From the human T2T-CHM13v2.0 reference genome, Homo sapiens: a stretch of DNA of 64,000 nucleotides. Location: NCBI RefSeq assembly GCF_009914755.1, contig NC_060931.1; one strand, 5' to 3'. Positions 1-13,476 of this stretch are shown piece by piece. Below the pieces are notes generated by a model. The model was given only the letters and a program-made list of their open reading frames with translations, searched no databases and had not been told where the DNA came from. Made by a program: the position numbers and the translations under genes. The first letter of the stretch is position 1. Each line of letters starts with the position of its first letter.

Positions 1-160
1 TTTGCTGTCCCCTCCTACTCTGTGATCTTCCAATGCCACTCTGTGGTCAATTTCTACCAGATGTCAGCCCAGCAAAGGGAGCCCTGCTAAAGCAAGGCTG
101 GAAATGACAGAGAATGAATCTGGATGATCAAAGGTCAAATGAAGAGCAGCCAGCAAGCCA
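1..160 (-). mobile_element. Old MaLR (MLT1-like) LTR fragment
   Basis: 'gagaatgaatctgga...caaatgaagagcagccagca' resembles an MLT1-type LTR end in reverse; very diverged. Confidence 0.3.
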
Positions 161-1156
161 ATAAGAGACAACAGCTAAAATGTGGCCCTCAGCCGTGACA
201 TATATTGCTAGATATTGATTAGATGTGTTTTTTTATTCTTGTTATTGTTTGTAATTTTTATTTTGTTCTTGTTGCTGTTTTCATAAGGCCTTTCAAGACA
301 GGTTTGCGATGGTGACTTCTTTTATATCTAGTAGCTCATTTCATGGAAGCACAAACCATATTCAGCTCCAGTTTTATCCTACATTGTCTTTCCTTTTGTT
401 TTGTCAAAGTAAGATAATATTTCTCAACATTTCTCCTTACATTTGCCCCAAATGCTGCAAATCTGGTGACATTCTCTTTATCAGATACTTGTATTGTTTA
501 TATTACTAATCTAATGATTGACCAATATGACTGCTGAACAAGTGATATAAAGTAATGATAAATTGTAGTAGCTACAATCTGTCTGTCATGCCAGCTGTTT
601 AAACCAATGGAGTAATTACTAAAACATTGGGTGATATTCATGGACATAAGAAACTCAGTAATTTCAAGAATTGATCATTTTTGAAAGCATATCAAATATT
701 ATATCTTAAGTCTTTGATGGTGACTTTTGCAAAACTGAATATTTGGAAAAAATACATATTCACTTCTTTTGAAGTTTCTCTTACACTGATTTCCCGAGAT
801 ACTTTATATTTCGACCTAGAAATGTCTTTAGTTTTCTCTCTCTGCTTCCCTTTATTTAGTGCCCCCTAGTTTTCTCTTGTCTCTTCAGTCCTAAATTCAT
901 CATCTAAACATTATTTCATAGTATTAATATTTTAGACTTACAAGGCTTCTATAACACTGTAAATGTGTTATTTAAAATAAGATGAATGTCATAGATTGGA
1001 GAATAGAAAGTAGAATTGTGGAGAGGGAAAAAAAGATCATGTATTTCTAGAGTTTCCCAAAAATTGCCACACAAAAGTTAAGAGATAGTTTGCCCAGAAC
1101 TTCATTTGGTCTCACATTACTGAGGTCTAAATCTGGCAAGAACACATATTGAATTA

Positions 1157-1474
<318 letters not shown>

Positions 1475-1534
1475 AAAAACAATATTTTCTTTAATGCTTC
1501 AAGATACAGGTTTACATTAATTGAGTGAAAGAAC

Positions 1535-1579
1535 AATATATATTTATGTATCGATGATATCGATACATAAATATATATT
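1535..1579. repeat. Perfect 21-bp inverted repeat with 3-nt spacer
   Basis: AATATATATTTATGTATCGAT-gat-ATCGATACATAAATATATATT. Confidence 0.97.
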
Positions 1580-2779
1580 TAACTCAGTTTTGTTATAACA
1601 AAATGGAACAAAATATTTTGTTATAGATATAAAAAAAGGTAATGAAAACTAAAATGAGTTCATGATCCTTAGCAAGAGTTTCAGAAAGAGAGGTACCTAG
1701 ATAATTTAGGTTTTGTTAATATTTTCCCTTTATTTTTCTTTATAGTACTTGGTATTACTGAATATAAACCCAGGACATCCATGATATGGAAATAATATTA
1801 GAATTCACAGTAAAAGCAATAGGATAGGTAGCAAGAAAGATTCCTTTAGGAAAAGATGAGCACTATGTAAAGGACTAGAGGAAAGAACCAAGATAGGAAG
1901 GTTTTGGTTTTCAGACACCTAAGCTTCTATTAGTGGAAGTTAGGACTGCCACTATACTGCTTCAATGGTGATTTACCTGGACCTAATTTGTCTCAATTAT
2001 TGTGGGAACTTGTGATGTTTTTCTGACATTTCACAGTCATTAAAGAAGAGGGTTGTGTAAAACAGCGTTAGAGAGGATGGTCTCTTTTAATGTCAATTAC
2101 TACCAGCTTTTATTTCATTTCTGTTTCCTCTCCAACCCTGTACGCTCTACTAAAATTAAAAAACAAAGAATCAATTCCTCATTTCAAAGGAGGAAGAGGA
2201 TATTTTTCAGAGGACATATAATAAGGCCACTAAATCTCAGCTCATTTGGACCAGCCCATGGTGTTCTGGAAATTTAACAATCTTACATAAAGTCGCTTTT
2301 GGTGAGAAAATACAATGTTTTATCAATTCTAATAATTTATTAATTATTCATATTTAACATTTTTACTTTAGAAAATGAGGTTACAACTTATTGAAAGTAT
2401 TTAAAAATATCCGTAGGTCTACCATTGATACAGTTTTCATTTTCTTAAACCTTCAAACTTGTGTTTGTTTGTTTTTGTCTTGGTGGCATGGCTTGACAAC
2501 TATATCTAGTCAACATACAAACCAATAAGTTGTGACCCATTTGAGCGTAGAATATAGGTCTTGTTTGTTGTTTGAAAATTGTCCATTGATACCTTCAAGT
2601 AAGAGCAGAAAAGATCTTAAACATAAAATTGTATATAATGGGGGCCAATAGGTTGGTTGAAAATTTTGTAAATAATATAAAGCATTTTAAAAATAAATAC
2701 TACATTGTGCAGGCTCTGGTTAGCACATAAGTTGATGTTGCATGAAATAGGAAGATATTGGTGACACTGAGGTCACAAT

Positions 2780-4200
2780 AGAAAAAGCAGTACTCATCTT
2801 GCTTTCTACCATATACAACCACAAATTTTTACTATTTTAAGATATTGGATAACTAGCAACACATGTCTATGGTCCTTAAGAAAGGAGAAAAAAAGAGGTA
2901 TCAAAGATATGATTTCAGAAAAATAAGTCAGTGAGACTTTTCAAAGCTCATTACTGTAAAAGAGGCAGCTATGCAGAAAAATAGTTCTAAAAGTCTGCCC
3001 GGGGTCCCCTTGAGTCTGTTGCTGAATAATAAATTGTCTTTATATAGGGTGAAAGTTCATGAATCTAGGCAAAAAATAAAATAACACAGAGAAACTTAAA
3101 GATTGTCAATTTCTGAAGCTTACGTAAGACTGGGATACATTCAAGTTTATCCAGAGTGGAAAATCCCCTTAGAATACCAGGGCATTTAATAAAAATCCCA
3201 GAAGAGTAAAATCTTAGAGTATGGCTAAAATAGCCCTGTAATAAAAGCTCCTAGAGACCTTACCAAACAAATCTTAAAAATACCAAGTTAATTTGCAAGT
3301 AACATAATTGCCAGGCAAAATGAAATTTCATACACTATAAAGAAAACAGTAAAATCAAGTTGTGTAGTAAGAGAGCATCTACAAAGTCAAACATCCAATT
3401 AAAAAAAAATCACCAGACACATAAACAAACAGGAAAATGTGACCCATAACCAGAAGAAAATTCAGTCAATGAAAATAGACTTAGAATGGACAGAAATAAA
3501 GCAAATAAAGAAATAAAGCAATTAGCAGAAAGGAACTTGAAATAAATGTGATTAAAACTTAAGACATGAACATACAAAGATAAATAGAAGATGTAAAAAG
3601 AGGCATGCACTACTTCTGGTGATCAAAAATATAGCATTTAATGTAAAGAAATCTGCATGAGAAAACATCAGTAAATCCGAAAACACAGCAATAGAAACTA
3701 CCACAATGAAGCTGTGAGAGTAAAAATAAAGTGGAAAAAAAGCTGAACAGAGACTCAATTATCAATGGGAAAATAGCAGCCAACAAAGAAGTTGGAATTG
3801 GAAAGATGAAGGAAAATTATTTGAAGAATTAATGACTAGGACTTTCCCAAATATGATGGAAACTCTAAACACAGAGATCCAAGAACATGGAAGAAACTCC
3901 AGCAGAATAGACACAAAATTGCACTATGACAAACTATAATAAAATTCCTGAAAATAAATGATAAAGAAGTATTAAACGCTGCCAGAGAAAAAGAGACAAA
4001 GAATTGCCACACATTTCCCATCAGAAATCCAAGCCATTAGACAATGGAACAACATCTTTAAAAAGATCCAAGAAACAGCAAAAAACAAAAAATCCTGTCA
4101 ACTGAAAATGCTACAGTAAGAGAAAATATCCTTCAAAAAAAAAAAAGATACTTTGTCAGACACAGAAAACCTGAGAGAAATTTTTGTCAGGAAACATCAC
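2780..4200 (+). mobile_element. Ancient L1M 5'UTR/ORF1 remnant
   Basis: A-rich; 'caggaaaatgtgacccataaccagaagaaaa', 'atttgaagaattaatgact...ttcccaaat' (ORF1 FEEIMAENFP-like), 'acaatggaacaacatctttaaa'. Confidence 0.75.
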
Positions 4201-5498
4201 GGCCCACTTAAAAATTACTCAAAAGATGTAAATATGCCTGAAGTGTTGTTTGGTTTTGCTTTTTGCTTTGTTTTTTGTTTTCAGGAAGAAAATGTGGTTC
4301 CCAGAAAAGTATGAAAGATTCATGGGGATCATGGAAAAAATTACAAGTTTTAGAAAGGATCTTTTAGCCAGATGACCTGCAGCACATACAAGAGAATGTG
4401 TCATTATCAGTAGCCAGTAGAAACTTAGAAACTGCGAAGACAGTCCAAATGACTTCCTTCCTTTCTCTATTGGTTTATGATAGAGACAAAATAACATCCA
4501 CCAGCATATCGTATTTCTAAACTCACCCAAACAAGTTCCCTTGTGACACCCATGGTAAAGACGGAAACATGTATGTATGATTACTATACACTTGAGTGTA
4601 TTCTTAGTCAATTAACGATTGTACTCTAAAAGTATTAGTAACAGAAAAGCAGAAAAAATTAATAAACAGGATTTTTTGATAAGCATTTTCAATTATTGAG
4701 AGGAAAGTTTGTCTTAGAAGCTGATATTCTTTTATAATAGAAAAATATTTTGTTTCTAATTAAGATAAATTTTATGCAGAGTAATATGAAAAAATCATTG
4801 ATTAAAGTACACAAACTCTGCCTTTCAGTAACTTATGACTTTCCTTATGTTAGTCTATTTCCCTGTGATTTTATAGTTTTTTTTTGGAGGGTGGGGATAT
4901 GTGTAGTATTTGGATTTTAAAAATCTCTAGACATTTTTACAGTTTCAATAATCTTTCTCTAAATTTCCATATAGTCACAAATCTCTTTTTGTCATTCAGC
5001 TACTTTTAAGTGGCAGGGTAAGACCGCAGTTAATCCCAGGAACCACATTCTCACAGTAAATCCATGGAACACTGAAGACGTAGTTTAAATTTGAAACTCC
5101 ATTTAGTGTTTTATAATAACTTGTTTTTGCTAGATTTTTCCGAAGTGGTTAATAAACCTATTATAAACTCTGGGTAAGGCAAATCCTTTAATTAAACACG
5201 CTGAAACTGCCTAGGTACATACTGGATAAAAAATTAGAAGGCTTTTAAATATTTAAGAGGGAAGAATATAAATTGGTAAGAGAATATTATTAGAGAAGAC
5301 AGGTTGCAGAAAGAATAGTCAAACAGAGATTAATTATTTCTCTTTCCTCCCCCAAAATAGTAGACATGATTACAAGTTGATGAAGTTCAAGGTATTATAA
5401 TTGCTTCATCTTTGTCTAAGTTTTACTCCTCTTTCTTCAAGAACTTATTGATTTATAGAATATTTATTAGTGAAATATTAAAGGTGGGAGGTCTAGTA

Positions 5499-5549
5499 TC
5501 TCTCTCTCTCTCACACACATACATACACACACACACAAACACACACACA
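5499..5549. repeat. Compound (CT)n(CA)n microsatellite
   Basis: Visible directly. Confidence 0.9.
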
Positions 5550-6129
5550 GCCCACAAGTGCTGCTGTTTCCCAAAGAAGCCTAAGTATGTAGGCAAGAGC
5601 TGAAACCAAGCAAATTGTGAGTATTCCAATGGAGACTTCTAGAGGTGGTGAGGATTACACTGCTTCCATGACATATGGGGCCAAATATTTGAGGGTTATA
5701 AATATCCTTATTAGTCTCCATATATTAATGATTCTTAAATAGTAGTTTTATTAAATGAGCCAAATTTGAATTTTATTCATATTTATCCTCAATATTACTT
5801 AAACACTTAAAAAATATTGTTCAAGTAAAAATTTATCCTGGAACTTTTCTTGATTGGGCAGTTAGATAATACTTTCTCTTGCCATCTGATTTCACCTAGG
5901 GCTTCACTGTCACCTCAAAACAATAACGTTTCAGTCTCTGACTGCTCATTCATGCATAAGAAACAGAAAGAATCTTGTTTCATGACTTGTAATATAAAAC
6001 TAAAGTTGTTCCTTTAAGAAAGAATTTTTTGAATCTATTAAGAGGCCCCAGGAGAAATGGAGGCACTCGGAAGTCTGGCTGTGGAGGAAGAAGTAAGAAT
6101 ATTAACTTCCATAGTTCAATTACTATCTA

Positions 6130-6310
6130 TATCTTGGTGATGGTCAAATTTGTATCTCAAATCTAGATCACTCCCCTGAGATTTGGACCAACATGTCCCA
6201 TTGCCTATTTTTATTTCTGCCCAGATGCTTCACAGGCAACTACATTGAACTGTGCAAAACTGGAACTTGTTTCCTCCTCTAAACCTTCTCTTCATCTTGG
6301 GTTTTCTATC
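6130..6310 (+). mobile_element. L2 fragment
   Basis: 'tcaaatttgtatctc...ctcccctgag...ttgcctatt...gatgcttcacaggcaac' is typical of L2. Confidence 0.6.
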
Positions 6311-6959
6311 TCTATGATAGTCTCCAAAGGAAAAAGTGGCTAAGATGAGGTGGGAAATGCTGGCACAGGCTGTGTTGGTAAGATAGGAGGAATAGTGTGA
6401 TCTCACATGGGCATGGTAGATCTTTCCATGAAAAGGCACTGGTCATTTTCTTACATCTGTTAAAAAAAAGTTATGAAATATTTCAAAGATATTTGCTTTG
6501 TTTTTGGTATTATCAAGTATTTTATGTATTATCAAGCATTTTCTCAAGCTTATTTTATATATTATCAAGTATTATGTCTCACAATTCCAAAAGTCATACA
6601 TATTTCCCCCATTCTAGCATTTGCAATCGTATATGGCAATATTTGGAAGTGTAGTATAACACAGGATACAGAATTTAGAAAGACTCCAGGGGCATGGGCT
6701 AACATGTTGGAGATGGCACCACTGCTTGCTAGATTCTCCAAAACAGAAACTCTTTTCCTGGATTACTTATTCTCCCTGCTTCTGACCTCCAAGCAATCAT
6801 CACCTACATTTGATTATACCTTTCATGTATTTACAAGAGTGTGGTGGGGTTCTATTCACTGAAACCTACTCTTTTTTTTTCTGCTCCAAGTTTCTCAGTC
6901 ATGTGAGCATGCACAGAAGAAGCAGTAGTCAATAAGAAACAAGATATTTTATGTGGTTT

Positions 6960-7340
6960 TTAGTGATGTTCACCCCAAATGTATAGCTTTTCACTCTCCA
7001 GCCCCATGGCTTCCATATCATACTTTGAAGTTAAGTCTGTCTTTGGACAACAAAATGTGAAGAGACGTGACATGTATCATTTCCAGATGGATCCTTTAAA
7101 GGCCAAGGAGGGCATTCATCATGTCCCCTCTCACTTCTGTAGTGATCTGAGAACTGGGAAGCATATGCTAGTATGAAGCTTTACTATGTCAGCTCCCTGA
7201 GCAATTGTGATGAGCGGCAACCCCCATCAGCCCACACTGAACACAAACCAGGAATAAGAAATAACATTTTGATATGTTAAGCTTCCCACGTTTTGGGTTT
7301 GTTCATCTTGACAATATAAACCAGTCCATCCTGACTGATG
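6960..7340 (+). mobile_element. Old MLT1 (J/K-like) LTR
   Basis: 3' end 'gaaataacattttgatatgttaagc...ccatcctgactgatgc' matches MLT1 LTR terminus. Confidence 0.6.
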
Positions 7341-7504
7341 CTTATTATTTAAATAATAGTTGAGCAACAACCTAATATTTATCTTTCTCCTATCCTCCAT
7401 GGAGTGTTTCTCAGAAGACAATAGATTGAAGAATTTGAAGAATAGTAGCTTAAGTGAAGTCTCTCATTTCTTTGACCATTAAGTGTAAAATGCCTGAGAC
7501 TACA

Positions 7505-7756
7505 GAGGAAACTGCAAACATGTCCTTCTTCACATGAAAGCAGGAAGGAGAAGAAATGAGAGCCAAGTGAAGGAGAAAGCCCCTTTTGAAACAATCAGAT
7601 CTCATGAGAACTAACTCACTATCACAAGAAAAAGATGGGGTAAAATGCTCCCATGATTTAATTATCTCCACCTGGTTCCTCCCACAACATGTGGGGATTA
7701 CGGGAACTATAATCCAAGATGAAATTTAGTTGGGGACACAAAGCCAAGCCATGTCA
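7505..7756 (-). mobile_element. THE1/MST MaLR LTR, partial
   Basis: 'atcagatctcatgagaactaactcactatcacaagaa...ggggacacaaagccaagccatgtca'. Confidence 0.88.
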
Positions 7757-7959
7757 ATTTTCTTCATCCTTTTAGGAAAGGTAGATACTTAGAAACAGGA
7801 TAGTTCCTCCTCCTTAGCAAATCTTCCCCTCTAATTTGTTGACATTTCTTACCTTAGTTTCACTAAAGAAACTGAGGTCATCATGACCCCCACCCCCCAC
7901 AACTCTTAAGAGGGCTCCCTGACTCCAGCCATAGTCGTCTTCTGTCAGTTTTTTAGATT

Positions 7960-8310
7960 GCAACCCAAGTGATGTTTCTCTAAAAACACGTCTAAGCCTT
8001 CAGGATCCTTTTAAGAATCCTTCAATGTTTTCTCATTGCCCTAAGATAAGGTACAAAATTCCCTGTTAGGACCTATATGATTTTGCAATGTCTGGTTCTT
8101 CCTCTATTCTTGCCTTATCCTGCACCACTACTCATGATTTATTACTACCACCCTGAACTTCTTTCAGTTGTTCAAAAGCAGTATGTTCCTTATTGCCTCT
8201 AGGCAATTGCACTTACCCTTCCCCTTTACGGAATGATCTTCCTTTTCTTCACTGACTAGTACCTACCAGTGCTTCAGGTTTTAAACTTAAGTGCCCTTTC
8301 CACTGGAAAA
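7960..8310 (+). mobile_element. L2 fragment
   Basis: 'aatccttcaatg...cattgccctaagataa...tgaacttctttcagtt' L2 3' region. Confidence 0.6.
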
Positions 8311-9059
8311 TGTTGATGAGCTGCTCTTTGCAGAAATTATGGCAAAAGCAATCCTGGAACCATCTTGTACTTGGAAGGTTTTATTTCTCCCATCCTGACT
8401 TCTCTCCTATAAAAACTTGGAGATGTGAAGAACCAAAGGCAAGGGATGCTCTAGAATTTAGAGAGAAACTTGGATTCATCTTTCCTAATACTATATATTA
8501 GTAGGATTGCAAATGTCACCTGAGGGTATTTACCTATAGAAATAAAGATCATGAAGGCTCACTTCAATTTTGTAATTGAAGGTCTTGGCCTGATTGGGTT
8601 CACAAAAAGGCCCATGCCCAGGATTCCATCCACATAGAGAATTATGACTAAGGTCTTGTAATAATAAACAATGAATATTATTTTCGGACATTATTTTAGT
8701 CTTAAAGAAATGTTTGGTTGCCTTAATCTATTCCTCTCTCCCAACTCCATTTAACTTATGTCTTCATTTTTTTAATTCATTGATTTTTTTCTCTTTCACC
8801 CATGAGTACACTTATCATAATTGAATCATTTAGTTTGTTACTGTTCAAGTTATTCTCCCATCTCCTTCCTCTTGTTACTACACCTATTGATAGAATAAAC
8901 TATACCAGTTATCCTCACTCGTTCAACCTGGAGTCAATGATTGGATTTGAATGATTTGACTCTACCTTAGTTTGTTATTCCAACTGACTCTCAGTGGTCA
9001 GGAAATTCCGTTATCCAAAGAGAGTAGCTTGCACTCCCTTCTATGATTTCTCTGCAGTA

Positions 9060-10060
9060 CAGTTATATGTCACTTAATAATGATAATACATTCTAAGAAA
9101 TTGTACTGTGGTGTGAACATCATAGAGTACACTCACACAAACCCAGATGGTTTAGCCTACTACATACCTAGGTTAGATGATAGAGCCTAATGCTTCTATG
9201 CTGCAAACCTGTTTAGCATGTTAGTGTAGGCCACACTGTAGCAACAGTGACATATCTAAGGTACAGTAAATGTAGGCCACACTCTAGCAACAGTGACATA
9301 TCTAAGGTACAGTAAATGTAGGCAACACTGTAGCAACAGTGACATATCTAAACATATCTAAAGATAGGAAAGGTACAGTAAAAATGATGCAGAAAAGATA
9401 AAAAATAATATACCTGTACAGGGCATTTACCATGAATGCAGCTTGCAGGACTGTAAGTTGCTCTGGGTGAGTCAGTGAGTGAATGCAAAGGCCTATAACA
9501 TTATTGTATTCTACTACAAACTTTATAAACACTGTGCACCTAGGCTACACTACATTTATTTGAAAATATTTTTTTCTTCAACAGTAAATTAACCTTTACT
9601 TAACATTTTAACTTTATAAACTTTTAAGTTTTTTAACTTTTTGACTCTTTTATAATAACAGCTTAAAACACAAACACATTGTATAGCTATACAAAAATGT
9701 TTTCTGCTTTTGTATCTCTATTCTGTAAGCTTTTTTATTTTTAGATTTTTTTTACTTTTTAAACTTTTTTTGTTAAAAATTAAGACACAAACACGTTAGC
9801 CTAGGTCTACACAGGGTCAGGATCACCAATATCACTGTCTTCCACTTCCACATCCTGTCCCACTGGAGAGTTTTCAGGGGCAAAAACATGCATGGAGCTG
9901 TCATTTCCTGCGATAACAATGCCTTCTGGAATATCTCCCAAAGGACGTGCCTGAGGCTGTCTTACAGTTAGCATATATTTGGTATACTCTAAAATGAAAT
10001 TAAAAAGTATAGTAAATACATAAACCAGTAACATAGTTGTTTATTTTATGTTTATGTTAT
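9060..10060. mobile_element. Tigger3/Golem (MER7-type) Tc1-mariner DNA transposon
   Basis: TA followed by TIR-like CAGTTATATGTCACTTAA; 'gaacatcatagagtacactcacacaaacccagatggtttagcctactacatacctagg'; 'ggtcaggatcaccaatatcactgtcttccac'. Confidence 0.88.
9225..9351. repeat. 46-bp tandem repeat, ~2.8 copies, within Tigger3
   Basis: Unit TGTAGGCCACACTGTAGCAACAGTGACATATCTAAGGTACAGTAAA starting at 9225, 9271, 9317. Confidence 0.95.
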
Positions 10061-10415
10061 TACCATTGCTGACCACAATGGACATACAACACTTTATGGT
10101 GCTATGGTTTTAAGGAATAGATGAGAGAGTTCTAATGCACTATGCTGGTGGTGAAATATCTTCCCAGGAATGATTGGATGATTGCAGATTACCAAGAAGG
10201 CTGGTGAATAGGTAATTATATTGCCTGTGAGGAACAGCAGACTTAGAGTGACCAGGTCACTGGTTATTCTAAAATGCCCTTACACCTCAGTGGTTGTATT
10301 CATGAGCTATTATATTTATGGATTTCCCAGACCACTGAAACCCAGAAATAAAAAAGGATCATTTGGAAATTCCAGAATAGTAGATTAGCCTCAGGGTAAA
10401 ACCAAACAAACAAAT

Positions 10416-10781
10416 TTTATTAGTCTGTTGTCACACTGCTGATAAAGACATACCCGAGACTGGGCAAGAAGAAGGTTTAATTGGACTTAACAGTTCCACG
10501 TGTCTGGGGAAGCCTCACAATCATAGTAGAAGGCAAGGAGGAGCAAGTCCCGTCTTATACGGATGACAGCAGGCAAAAAGAGAATGAGGAAGACACAAAA
10601 GTGGAAACTCCTGATAAAACCATGAGATCTCGTGAGACTTATTCACTACCATGAGAACAGTATGGGGGAAACTGCCCCTGTGATTCAATTGTCTCCCACA
10701 GGGTCCCTCCCACAACACGTGGAAATTATGGGAGTACAATTCAAGATGAGATTTGGGTGGGGACACAGCCAAACCATATTG
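10416..10781 (-). mobile_element. THE1 (A/B-like) solo LTR
   Basis: Complete LTR 'tattagtctgtt...gataaagacatacccgagactggg...gggacacagccaaaccatat'; 5-bp TSD CAAAT/CAAAC. Confidence 0.95.
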
Positions 10782-11379
10782 CAAACAATAAAAAGGGTGC
10801 CAGTAGCCAGGGAAAAGAGACCTGTCTCAGCAAAAATACAACAATGGCACTTGCATGCAGGGTCAATACTTACAGCCAGACACTTATTCTATGGCAACTG
10901 CTTACAGATCAGGAAGGTATATGGGAACACAGAGAAAGTCATAACCTCTGCAGATATGCAGAACAGATTTAGGGAGATATGGGGAGAAGCTCAGCAAGAA
11001 ATTTGAGAAGAGCTAGGGCTGGGTTCTTATGCCATACTCTACTTCCCATTCCCCACCGAAAGGCTATAGGAAAGGGTGAAGGGAGACTCATATAAGGCCT
11101 TACTGTATATTGGAGCTTCTACAGCTGTTGCTGGCTTTTTCATCTGGACTCACTTGCTGTTCTTTTGTTAGACTGTATAATCAATTTGGACTTTCTGAGT
11201 TCCTTAAATTCAGCTCCAGTGAGAGGACAGGGTGGTTGAATGAAATCATTATCACCCCCCTGATGGCTCCTTTTACATTTGACCAGAGGCATTGTTAAGA
11301 AATGAGTGTAACCCTAAAACTTGCTACAGCCATGCAATGGAAACAATCCTGCTTTCCAGGAGTAGAAAAATGAATTAGT

Positions 11380-12650
11380 TTCCATATAAAAGATTTAATG
11401 CAGGCAGAGATATTATGCAATGTGATTTCCCAGTTTAACGACCTTATCTGACTGAAACACTTTTAAAAAGTCACTAATATTTGGCACTTCACTGTGGACT
11501 GCCAAAACTAAACAGAGAAGTGCCCTCTGTTCCATATTGGCATATATCATAAAGGTGACTTAACAAGTGTGTCTGTTACAGGCATTTGGTATACAGCCTT
11601 GCATCAGCTTTCTCCTCAACCCCCACAATCCTTCACAAAGAGGATTAAGATAAGTTTGCCATTCCCTACTAAGGAACCCAGTGCAAAATCAAGGTCCTGA
11701 ATCCTCAGCTAGCGATGTATCATCAGTGGTTAGGAAAACCCTAGCATAATATGAATTACTCATTGGAATCCAAACATGTTATTAAAAACATTATTGGTTT
11801 AAAAATTTTAACTATACACACAATGGAAAGATTGAATATTGAACCATCATATATACATCCTATAATATCAACATGCACATTTTTAATATTAACATTTATC
11901 AACATTCTGACATTTTTGTTTCATTTACACTTCCCATATTTTTTTTCCCCCTGGCAGTATCTTGAAAGAATTTCAGATGAATATTCATGGTATTTTTAGA
12001 GTGGCTCCACTAAGGAAATAGCTTGCATTGCTTTGCATGTCATCTACAGGCAGTCAGCTAAAGATGGAGTAATATGAGGATAAAAATCCAAAACCTTCTT
12101 AACACTATACGGGCAGCAGCCCAAAGTGACTTTCTCCAGCTTATTTTGGTGAACTGTGGGACTCGGAGCCACCACCTAAAACAAAAGTGGGTAAATACCT
12201 GCTTGGGATCCATAGGTATTGGAGGCACCATATTCCAGGTTTAAGGGTTTTATGATAGTCACGTCACCAGACAAGTCACTTAAGTTCAAATGGGACTCAA
12301 AACAGAAACTCTTGAAAAGCTTTCAGGCATCAGTAAAACAAGACATGCCCTATACATTTGGAGTCAATGTTATAATTGCTGTCTGTGAATAGTTTTAAAG
12401 ACGACTGTGCTCTTGCCAGTGAGATTCTGCCAATACCACATGCCCGTGAATTTTTGAATTGGAGGATTTCCACCCACTGATGACCAGTACACAGCCTTTG
12501 GACGATGGTGCTAACCTCTCCTGAAGTCATATACTAGTCTCACCAACGGAAAAGTCATGATTTCCTGACTTAAAATCCTCATCCGTAAGTGGGTCATCTC
12601 TGAACCAAAGTCCCATATGTTGAATTATGAGTTCCTAAAATGCTCAATTT
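11380..12650 (+). pseudogene. Fossil ERV-L class pol (reverse transcriptase), many stops and frameshifts
   Basis: Manual translation gives WHFTVDCQ, GIWYTAL, KED*DKFAIPY*GTQCKIKVL, EPPPKTK...LLGIHRYWRHHIPGLRVL and KFKWDSKQK, collinear with ERV-L RT motifs. Confidence 0.8.
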
Positions 12651-12861
12651 AAAAATGATTTTCTACTAGGATCAAAGCCTGGCCTTATGTTAATTTTATA
12701 ATTCTCTTACATTACAATAATGTGAAGACTTTCCTATTCTCACAGCTACAGGGATGAGATCCTGAATGTGACTGTGGTCATGGATGAGCAAAATCCTAGA
12801 TTTTTATACAAAATTATCCAGAGTTGGATTCTAACTGCTCTTCCCAGTCTTATTTCTTGAC

Positions 12862-13476
12862 TGCTATGGACTGAATTGTGTCCCCCAAAATTTATATGTT
12901 GAAGCCCTGAGCCCTAATTTTATGGTATTTGAAGACAGGGATTTTTTGAGATAATTAGGCTTATATGAGGTCATGAGGATGAGCCCCTTATAATGGGATT
13001 AGTATCCTTTTGTTCTCACTTATACATGAAAGCTAAATGATGAGAACTCATGGACCCATAGAGGGGAACAATACATACTGGGGCCTATCAGAGCATAGAG
13101 GCTGGGAGGAGAAAGAGGATCAGGAATAATAACTAATGGGCACTAGGCTTAATATATGGGTGATGAAATAATCTGTACAACGAACCTCCGTTTCACAAGT
13201 TTACCTATGTAACAAACCTGCACTTGTACCCCTGAATGTAAAATAAAAGTTAAAAAAAAGAGAGACCCTAGATAACTTGCCCTTCCTCTCTGCCACCTGA
13301 GGACATAGCAATAAGGAAGCTGTCTGCAAGCCAGGAAAAGATCCCTCACCATAACCTGACCATGCTGGTATCCTGATCTCGGACTTTAAGCCTCCAGAAC
13401 CATGAGAAAATAAATGTCTGTTGTTTAACCCACCCAATCTATGATATTTTGTTTTGGCAGCCAGAGATGACTAATA
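12862..13476 (+). mobile_element. MLT1A-type LTR split by an L1 3' end
   Basis: Starts TGCTATGGACTGAATTGTGTCCCCCAAAATT; resumes at ~13260; ends 'ggcagccagagatgactaata'. Confidence 0.9.
13011..13259 (+). mobile_element. 5'-truncated L1PA (older, ~PA13-16) 3' end
   Basis: 'gttctcacttata...agctaaatgatgagaac...acaaacctgcacttgtacccctgaa...aaaataaaagttaaaaaaa'. Confidence 0.9.

Noticed and set aside
6397-6862. 129-aa and 85-aa ORFs
   Set aside because: No recognisable domain, low-complexity AT-rich start and no splice support
9225-9351. Possible CRISPR-like array
   Set aside because: Head-to-tail repeats without unique spacers, in a eukaryotic transposon context
10632-11006. 124-aa ORF
   Set aside because: Begins inside the THE1 LTR in antisense; no homology recognised
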